IMG/VR virus record: IMGVR_UViG_3300027973_000032
Location: 1-64,000 of that record
DNA from: a virus
DNA length: 64,000 nt
Strand: one strand, 5' to 3'
Shown here piece after piece: positions 1 to 9,700 of the stretch. A program made the position numbers and the translations under genes. The notes under the pieces are model-generated. The model saw nothing but the letters and a program-made list of their open reading frames with translations, was not told where the DNA came from and did not search any database. Position 1 is the stretch's first letter. Each line of letters opens with the position of its first letter.

Positions 1-1
1 T

Positions 2-1216
2 TCCTTGCAGAGCAATTGCTACAACATGTTTACCCTCGCACTCACTGTTCATCAAGTAAGCTGGATTTTGTGACACTACACCAGCAAGACGTTGAGTATC
101 CGCATCAGCTATGGTAACTTCCTCATCTCCGCCAATCATCAATACAATACCATAATCATATTGTTGATCAGATACATAATTTTCTGCCAAGTCAGCGTAG
201 GTAGCACTTAATTTACTACCAGATCCCAAACTCCAATTGCCAGTTATTGTGCCTGCTGTTGCTGTTGCACCTGTTGAAATATTAGTTATCGCTGTCAAAC
301 TGGTTATACTTGAACTATAGTTATTTGTATCAATTAATTTATACCAACTTGCCCATGATGTAATACCGCCACTACTGCCACGATGCCAAATATTATTATT
401 ATCAGTAAACCCTAGTTGATGAGCACCTCCGCCACTTGCATCACTCCATTGTTGAAGTTGAATGACTCCATGGTAAGAGCCACCATCACTTAAAGAATCA
501 GTGGCATTAGACATAAATGCGCCATTTATACCTGGGCCAAAGTATGTTGGGGTCAAGCTTGTTGACCTTAGATCTGGAAGAGATAGTTTAGTAGCTGTAG
601 CAGAGTTTCCTGAACAGCTACTTGCTGTGGTTGCTGTGGCAGCATTGCCCGTACAACTACCCGAACTTCCATCAATATTAATACCAGTTAATGATTGTGC
701 TGCACTCGAACGATTAAATGTTATACTAGTTGTACCAAGATTAAATGCTGGGATATCTGCGGCAACAATAGCACGAAATGTTGGAGCACCAGCTGAACCA
801 TTAGGAGCAGCTAAAATATAGTTAGCTGTCTTACTAGCATATGGATTTTGAGTATCGCCATATCCACTTGCCAATCCAATAGAAACTGCTGCTGATCCGT
901 TATAACTAGTACCACTTAACGGACTGCTAATAGTCAATGCATTTGTCACTGAGCCAGCACTACCTGTGGTATTTTGATTTAATGTAGGAAAAGTACAATT
1001 GGCTAAATTACCACTTGCTGGTGTACCTAATGCTCCACCATTGTATAACAAAGTGCCTGATGTTGGTAATGTTACGTTGGTTGATCCTGTGGATGTTAGT
1101 GTAACAGCATTTGCTCCACTCAACGTTAAAGATGCACTGGCTACACCTAAATTACTGATAGAGTTGGCGTTCGCATCTAATCCACTCTTTACTGAAAAAC
1201 TTCTTTTAGTTGCCAT
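2..1216 (-). CDS. Tail fibre protein with C-terminal intramolecular-chaperone/autocleavage-type domain (partial; runs off left edge)
   Basis: Hand translation from ATG 1216: MATKRSFSVKSGLDANANSISNLGV... to ...ATYADLAENYVSDQQYDYGIVLMIGG...LAGVVSQNPAYLMN...VAIALQG; open to the window edge, absent from the ORF track. Confidence 0.85.
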   Translation of the reverse strand, partial: MATKRSFSVKSGLDANANSISNLGVASASLTLSGANAVTLTSTGSTNVTLPTSGTLLYNGGALGTPASGNLANCTFPTLNQNTTGSAGSVTNALTISSPLSGTSYNGSAAVSIGLASGYGDTQNPYASKTANYILAAPNGSAGAPTFRAIVAADIPAFNLGTTSITFNRSSAAQSLTGINIDGSSGSCTGNAATATTASSCSGNSATATKLSLPDLRSTSLTPTYFGPGINGAFMSNATDSLSDGGSYHGVIQLQQWSDASGGGAHQLGFTDNNNIWHRGSSGGITSWASWYKLIDTNNYSSSITSLTAITNISTGATATAGTITGNWSLGSGSKLSATYADLAENYVSDQQYDYGIVLMIGGDEEVTIADADTQRLAGVVSQNPAYLMNSECEGKHVVAIALQG

Positions 1217-1247
1217 TTGATTCCCTTTTCCTCAAATTTAAGGCTAA

Positions 1248-3746
1248 TTAAACTGCTATTGCTTTAATGGCTACATTGAATGTTGTTGCTGCATTTGTTG
1301 GTGTAGTTAATAATCTAATATTACCTCCAGATATATCCATGTCAAATGTGGCCAAAGCGGCTGAAGAATATATTTCACCATACTCTGTCATATATACTGT
1401 TGTACCATTATGCACCGCTAATATCTTAGTTAAATGATAGCTGGTACTACTGGTTATCGATACTAAAAATTCCACACTTCTATATGTGGCAATGGCCAAT
1501 TGAGCAACTACTTGATTAGCTGTTGTTGTGGTTGTTGTAAGTGTGGCAGTATCTTCTAATAATAAACTATCAATTGTAATGCTACCCGCAGCAATTGATC
1601 CAGTACCAGTAATTGATGGACTACTGATAGTTGGACTTGTATCTAACACAGCCTTACCAGTACCAGTCTTGTCTGTGATTTGATATGCATTGATTTTGAA
1701 TACATTGCCAGTACCAGCAGTATCAAATGTCTTGTTGGTGAATACATCAGTTGTGGCTTTACCAACTAGTGTGTCAGTGCTTGTTGGCAATGTCAATGTG
1801 CCAGTATTACTTATTGAGCTAATAACTGGACTGGTTAGTGTTTTATTAGTTAATGTCTGTGAACCAGTTAGTGTTACAACTGTACTATCTATGGCAATAG
1901 TTACTGCACTTGATCCGTTATAACTAGTTCCACTTAGTCCTGTACCAATAGTCAACGCCGCAGTTGCTATGGCAGATACCGTAACACTACCGCCTAGGCT
2001 AACTGCACTTCCATTGATTGTAATACTATTATTAGTTAGTTTACTATTAGATATTGATCCAGCTAACATGGTATCAGTTACTGAGCCAGTATCCCCAGTG
2101 GTCACAATAGTGCCATTTACGTTTGGAACTGTTAATGTACGAGTAGTTGACGCTCCAATGCTACTGAGTTGAAACTGCATTTTTTTAGTGCCATCAACTT
2201 CATCTATAAAATATGTTGTGCTATCGCTTAAACTCTTGTTAGTGAACGTTTCAGTGCCAGCCAGTGTAGCCAATGTGCCTGTACTTGGGACTGTTACACT
2301 AGATCCACCTGCTTGAGCAGTTAATGTTAAATTACCTGTACTGATCGTTAATGTACGTCCACCGTTATTAACTCCAGTACCACCATATGTTGAAGTAATT
2401 ACAGTACCTTGCCAAACACCAGTACCAATTGTGCCTACGGTAGTTAAGCTTGAAGTAACTACTGCTGACCCTAATGTTGTGGCATTAAGTACATCAGCAT
2501 TATTGATCTTAAAGGATTTGCCTGAAGCAATATTCCAATGCTCACTACTGGACCAATTGCTATTGGTACTATCCCAAATAATAGTTTTATCTGTGGCACC
2601 TTTAACAGTAATACCTGCTCCATCTGCTGTGGTGTCTGTGGGAGAACCAACTTTGGCCAGTTCAATGTTTTTATCAGTAACACTTAATGTAGTTGAACTT
2701 AAGGTAGTTGTATTACCGTTGACTGTTAAGTTTCCACTAATTACAGTATTACCACCTACACTTAAATCTCCATTAACAGTGGTCGTGCCGCCATTGGCAC
2801 TGCCTATGTTTACGTTACTTGTAGATCCACTTGCTCCACCAGTGCCAATGTTGACTGTTTTGGTTATGCCGCTAGCATTTACACCGTTTGAAATATTTGT
2901 TGTACTGGCTGCTGTTCCAGTGTATCCAACTGTTAATGCTGTTGAACTGGCAAATGCACCAAATGTGGCACCGCCATCTATACCAGTTGTAAATGTAGGA
3001 CTAGTTCCAAATACCACTACACCAGTTCCAGTTTCATCACTAAGCACACCGGCTAATTCACTACTACTTGTTGCAGAAAATACACTTAGTTTGTTGGAAG
3101 TGTAGGTCACGGTGCCGCCTGCACCAAATGCTACACTACTTGTATCAGTACCAGTGAATGTTAATGTATTGCTGGCAGTTAGAGTTTTGCCATCTGCAAT
3201 GGTCAATGTTGATCCAGTTGCTGGCGCTGTTATTGTGACCTTATTGATTGTTGTAGCAGTGGCAGCTCCCAATGTAGGTGTTGTTAGTGTAGGACTCGTA
3301 GATAATACAACGGTATTGCCTGTACCAGTTACCGCACTTATCCCTGTACTGTTAATTTGTAATACATTACCGGTTCCAGCTGTATTAAATGTTTTGTTGG
3401 TAAATGTATCAGTGGTAGCTTTACCAACCAATGTGTCAGTGGCTGCTGGTAGAGTCAATGTGCCCGAAGCTGTAGAACTAGCTTGTACTAGAGTAGTTCC
3501 ACTAGTCGATCCTGCAAAAGTAAGACCAGCACTGGCAATTGTTTTATTAGCAAATGTTTCACTATTTGACAATGTGGCCAATGTGCCAGTTGTAGGTAAT
3601 GTAACACCAGTTGTGCCAGTACTCGTTAGTGTAACTGCATATGCACCATTCAGGGTCAATGATGCACCTGTTACACCTAAATTTGAAATAGTATTAGCAT
3701 TATTATCTAATCCATTTTTTGCTACAAATCGTTTATTAGTGGCCAT
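1248..3746 (-). CDS. Tail fibre / virion structural protein (832 aa, Thr/Gly/Ser-rich)
   Basis: Repeated TLTLP-x-TGTLATL / TFTNKT motifs typical of phage fibres; shares modules with both neighbours. Confidence 0.85.
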   Translation of the reverse strand: MATNKRFVAKNGLDNNANTISNLGVTGASLTLNGAYAVTLTSTGTTGVTLPTTGTLATLSNSETFANKTIASAGLTFAGSTSGTTLVQASSTASGTLTLPAATDTLVGKATTDTFTNKTFNTAGTGNVLQINSTGISAVTGTGNTVVLSTSPTLTTPTLGAATATTINKVTITAPATGSTLTIADGKTLTASNTLTFTGTDTSSVAFGAGGTVTYTSNKLSVFSATSSSELAGVLSDETGTGVVVFGTSPTFTTGIDGGATFGAFASSTALTVGYTGTAASTTNISNGVNASGITKTVNIGTGGASGSTSNVNIGSANGGTTTVNGDLSVGGNTVISGNLTVNGNTTTLSSTTLSVTDKNIELAKVGSPTDTTADGAGITVKGATDKTIIWDSTNSNWSSSEHWNIASGKSFKINNADVLNATTLGSAVVTSSLTTVGTIGTGVWQGTVITSTYGGTGVNNGGRTLTISTGNLTLTAQAGGSSVTVPSTGTLATLAGTETFTNKSLSDSTTYFIDEVDGTKKMQFQLSSIGASTTRTLTVPNVNGTIVTTGDTGSVTDTMLAGSISNSKLTNNSITINGSAVSLGGSVTVSAIATAALTIGTGLSGTSYNGSSAVTIAIDSTVVTLTGSQTLTNKTLTSPVISSISNTGTLTLPTSTDTLVGKATTDVFTNKTFDTAGTGNVFKINAYQITDKTGTGKAVLDTSPTISSPSITGTGSIAAGSITIDSLLLEDTATLTTTTTTANQVVAQLAIATYRSVEFLVSITSSTSYHLTKILAVHNGTTVYMTEYGEIYSSAALATFDMDISGGNIRLLTTPTNAATTFNVAIKAIAV

Positions 3747-3781
3747 ATTTTATTCCAAGTTATCTAGTATTATATTTATTG

Positions 3782-6700
3782 TTATACTGAAATTGCATTG
3801 ATTGAGACCTTATACACAGTATCATTAAACACTGGTGTGGTTAACAATCTAATATTATTAGCTGAAATATCAGCAGTGAATGTGGCCAATAATTGGCTAG
3901 GGTTGGACAAGATCTCTCCGTACTGTGTCAAAAATACTGAAGCACCATCATGCACTACTAGAATCTTTAAGGCATGATAATATGAACCACTGGTCACTGA
4001 TACTGTGAACTCTACAGTTCTATATTTTATACCATTTACTGTGGCTGCTACTTGATCTGTTGCTGTGGTAGTTGTGGTCAGCGTACTTGAATCTATTAGA
4101 ACTGTTTCACTATCTAATGTAAGTAGACCAGCAGCAATGGATCCAGTGCCTGTGATGGTTGGGCTGGTCAAGGACTTATTGCTAAATGTTTCAATATTAT
4201 CTAATGTGGCCAATGTGCCTGTAGTTGGTAATGTTATATTGGTTGTAGCTGTAGCTGTTAAATTAGTACTATATGCTCCTGTAGTAGACAAACTCCCGCC
4301 TAAGGTCAATGTATTGGCGCCATTGTTAATGCCAGTGCCGCCATATGTAGGGGCAACAATTGTGCCCTGCCATGTACCAGTGCCAATTGTGCCCACTGTG
4401 GTTAAACTAGATCCAGTTACTCCTGAACCTAAACTTGAAGCTGATAGTACTTGTGTTCCATTAATCTTATAGACTTTGCTAACAGCCAAATCTAAATTGT
4501 CACTGCTGGTCCAAGATGATGTTGCTCTTTTCCAAACAAAGGTTTTATCATCAGCACCCTTTACAGTGACTCCGCCGTTGTCTGCTGTATAGTCTGATAC
4601 ACCGCCAATGTTAAATGTAATTGATCCCACAGTATTAGCATCGTCTGCTTGGAAGGTAAACGAAGTAGTATTCAATACATCAACTACTCTAGCATTAGAG
4701 CCAAATGCGCCAACGCCGCTGACCTTGGACAACAACATTCCACCAGTGATCCCAGAAGTACTAGCTAATCCAGTAATTGTTGACAAGCTGGCGGCGTCAG
4801 CAATTACGCCAGTTTTATTATTCAATGCAGATATCACACCTAATTGAATGTTTTTATCAGCTATGGTAAGTTTGCCAGAAGTTATTGCAACTATTCCACC
4901 TAAGTTGACATTGCCATCAACGGTTAAGTCTTTAAAATTAAGACTGTCACTCCAACTTGGTGCAGAACCTGTACTAACTAAAATCTTATTTGCTGACCCA
5001 ATGTTTAACTTGCCCAATGAAGTTGTACCATTGGCATAGATCATGTCGCCACTAGTATAGCTGGTTAAATTAGTACCACCCTTGTTAACTGGTTGAGTAG
5101 TATGATTAACTGAATCTAATAAGTAGCTGCTGTTGTTTCCGTTTACTGTGGCAGCATCAATCACATTGTCTTTAATAAAGACTTTACCAGCAGTGACTCC
5201 ATCACCTATGGTAAATTGATTTTTACTAAATGCTACCACACCACTGTTAGAATATAGTGCGTCACCACGAGTTCCATCTACTGGATCAATGTTTACAGTA
5301 ACATCAGCATAGAAATTGTTAGTGCCACCGTTTGTGAAAAAATCACCTGTTAAACTTAAAGGACTATTAGCACCTGTTTTTAAAGTTTGAACAGCTCGAG
5401 CCCAACTGCTATCACCTCTGAGGAAAGTTCCAGTATTGGCTGTACCAGTGGCCAATCTACTTGTATTGATTATACCGCTAACTATGTTGCTAGCATCAAT
5501 GTTATTGGCGCTTAGGCTACTCCAGTTAATAGCCAACGTAGATCCAGTATTAACCACTGATGTAATTTGTACATTTTGTAAAGTAAATGTAGCTGAGCCA
5601 CTGCCAGTACTGGATAAGTTAATAGGATTAAAAGTTTGTCCATTTATACTGGATAGTGCATCTGCTTTTAATTGATGTAGGGTAAAGCTATTTGTAGTTT
5701 CAGATCCAATAAAATAAAAATTACCAGATGGTATGCCATTTGGTAATGCTGCACCTGTTAGGCAAATAGGATCACCTGTGTTAAATCCGTGTGTTGGCAA
5801 GTAAATAGTATCTTTGATTAGATCAACTGCACTTACAGTTAAACTCTGTGTGCCTGTGCCACTACTAACAAATGCAATCTTATTTTGTATTGTGTAATCA
5901 GTACATAATTCAATAGTGTCACTATCATATACTTTAATATAATAGACACTGCCACCAACTAAGCCACCTATATTAACATAAGGTGATGATGTATATTTTA
6001 CAGGATCACCATTGGTAAATCCATGACTGCTAATAGTTATTCTACTATTAATATAGTCAACATTGCCGCCTACTGAAGCTGCATTAAATGACTTTACTGA
6101 GTTTGTAGTTAAAGTGACAGTATTGATTAGTGCGTTATTATCGTAGATATATTCTGGAACAACACTACTTGCTGTAAACTTTTGTGAACCTACAATGTCT
6201 ACGTATAGCCTTTTTTGTATGCTAGTTACTCTAATATTAAATTGAACAGCATAAGTACCACCAATATTAGTATATGCAGCACGTATTTGATCGTTAACAG
6301 CATATCCACTGCCACCTCTAACCAAATAAACATTAGTCACTGAACCATTAGTTACTGTGATGTCTGCTATAGCGCCTATGCCAGTTCCAGTAATTGATAC
6401 TAAAGGCACATTAGTATAAACTTGGAACCCTGATGCTGGTGTATATCCAGATCCACCTACAATATTTGCATTATCAAGTGAATAAAGTACACCGTAAACT
6501 GTACCAGTGACCGTGCCTATTGCTTGATAATTAGCACCAACTACTGATGTTATGCCTGTAAAATCATAATCTTTTGAAGGATCTAATACTAAAAATTGAC
6601 TGGGCTCTTGTTCAGACAGAATATAGTTAACAGTTTGCCCAGTAGTAACTGGGCCTACATTACTAGGAGTGACTGATTGATTAGTGTCGCTTGGAGTACT

Positions 6701-9700
6701 GTCACCATCAATGACCAATGTGTCTGTGGTATTAAAGGCAGCATTGAATGTGGATTTTAAGTAGCTACCCACAGTTATTAATGTTGCAGCAGCCACATTG
6801 CCTATGATAACGCCTTTAGCTCCTGTGGTATTTTGTACTACCACTGTGCCATCTGCTGCTGTTATAGCACGATCTAAAGTTAATTCCTGTATGCTATATG
6901 TTTCTGTAGCAAGGTCTCCGTTTAAGAGATTTACTGCTGGAACATTTTCAACTTGTACTAATCTACTATCATATCCTTGACTACGATAACTTAGGAAGTT
7001 TCTAACTGGCGGGATCAAATCTGCATTGAGCTGGCCCAAGCTGTTTAACTGTGGGATAGCACCAGACACATTGTTTGTACTAACACGCTTGTCAATGAAG
7101 TCACCTAGTCTATTTGCTAGATAACTCTTTACTGCTAATTGTGTGCTTAGCCTTGTATCCTTTGGACCGCCTACTTCATTGTCACCTAAGCCAATGTCTG
7201 TACTAAACTCCTCAATGGTCACGTTACCTACAGCTAATCGCAATGCAGCCAATGCGCCAATTGTAACTGTGTTAGTAAATGTTACATTACCAGTTTTATT
7301 TTCAGCTTTGATGAAGTCACCAACTTTGAAGTCACCAAGTTCGTTAGTACCTGAAGTATATACTCTGCCAGGAAGATCACTAAATTGTTCGTAATCAGGA
7401 TCACCTTTGCCACCGTTTTGTGGTAAAGCATTATAGTCCGTACCTGAACCCGCATACTCCCAAGAGTGGCTACTACTATTAACAATACTAGGTCGGTGTA
7501 ACCAAATTTGTTTTTCTGGTAAATTACCTAAGTTTATCAACTGTGTGCCATTGGTCACTGGTAATATTTTTACGTCTACTGTGTAAAGTGTATTAATAGA
7601 ATCATAAGCATTAACTACTATACTGGCAACAGGACTGGCTGAATGGTCATAATTGATAATGCTAGTATCATTAAACGGTCTTCTTGATATTACATTGTTT
7701 ACAGTAACATAATCTAAACTGACTATTAGTTCATATGTTAATGGATCGTAAGTATAAACATATGCTCTGTTTGGACTACCACCAGTTTCGCCTTCTACTA
7801 CTCTACCTGTGACAAATTTATAATCGCCGGCATCTAAGGTTAATTTTTGATAGTCAGTGTGACTGTCAACAATTGTATCTATATAAAACTCTTTGACATT
7901 TTTAACAAATCTTTGTTGTCCAGTACTAGTGCCTAATATATTAACTCTAGAGGTTAAGCTGTTGTCATAGAACAAGCCAAATTGATTTACAGTAATAAAA
8001 TCTACATAATACGTTTGTTCATTTGTTAGGCCAGGAACAGTTGCGAATGTATTACTGTTATAAATTACTTTTTGACCGTTTAATAAACCGTGTCCAGTAA
8101 TATTAAACACATTGTCACCAGCATCAACAGAAGTAGCAGCATTAAAGTTAACGTAATCACTAGCTGATATAGGTTGATAGTTAGCTGAAATATCTCCCAC
8201 ATTACTATAAGATATACTAACTGGGGCTGATGCAGGATCATCAATAATGCCAATGATAATGTCAAACTTCTGTTCTACAATAAAATCTATACCTAAGTCC
8301 ACAACAACGGCCATACATTCTTGTTTTAGGTATTCAAATGCTGCTATATTTTGAAGTGTTTGAGCTGTGAGTGCAGCTACATCAGCATTGGCATAACTCA
8401 GTCCAGCTTCAACTGATCTGCTATTACCGCCTGTTAACACATCGTTAGCCACTGCTTCAACTAGTAGGCCAACATCTCTATGGCATTTGTCTTCATCATA
8501 GACAAAGCCTGATGTAAATGGACTAATATTACCATTTACTTGTATGGTAATCCAATCTATAACTGCTGTTTGTAGTCTAGTTTTATTTTCTAATAGATCA
8601 AAATAGGCATTTTTATATGCAGTATCTCTAAACCTAATTACATAATCCTGCACAGGCAATTGACCAAAACCAATAGCTTGAATAGTTTGTTGTGCGCCAT
8701 TAGTACCAGTACCAACTACCACACCTCTATTGAATGAGAACGCATTGGGACTATATCCACTAGCTCTGAGTGCGTACTTACCAAAGTTAGTAGCACTGTT
8801 GGTAATACTTAAATATCCACCGCTTTGGCAATAGCTACCATTTAAGCAGAAGATTTGGAAGCAGCTAACAATCTGTGCATAAGCATCGTTGATCACACGC
8901 CAACCTGTGCCACCAAAGCTCAACATGGTAAAGGCGTTGGCCACCATGGATTTGCCCTGTTCTGGTTCTGGACCTTCTACTGGATTTTCTACTTCATTTG
9001 GGTTTCTTGGCTTGTTAGGTGAGTTAACTTTATTACCGTCAACTAATACACCATTACCACCTAAGAAACTGATAATACTACAGTTTTGAATGTAAGGGGA
9101 TATTGTAATAGTGGGACGGGTGTCAGGCATGTTTGTATAGCCTGTTCTATCACAGTTTGTGTCAGCGGGGTCATCAAAACTCACGGCATAATCAAATGTG
9201 AATTGAGGTGTTCCGTTGATGTTTAGATTATCTCTAAAAGTAAATCCAGTAAAGTAACATGCATTACGCACACGCAACATATCCAAGTTGGCGTTTAGTG
9301 GACGAATGTTACAGGCTCTTAGTCCAGCACCTTGTACACTAACATTGTCTGGAATGATAATTGGGTTGTCTTCGTAGTATTCACCGTTAGCCACACTGAC
9401 TACAAGCTTTTTATCGTTAGGCTTGCCATTCGCATCATAGACAATACCACTAGCTATTTGCAGAGCACGTTTAACTGTTTTAACTGGCTTGTTAATACCG
9501 TCGTTAGCATCGTCACCATAGACATTGCTGACGTTTACCTTGCCGCCACCAAATGCATCAGGGCTGACAAATTCTAATTCACCAGTGGCATTTTGTCCTA
9601 GTATATATCCGTCCAATCCCAATGCTGGCGGCAATGTCATTGTGTAAGATGACAACAAGTAATCAGGTGCTTTGAGGTTAACTGATGTTACACCGTTTGC

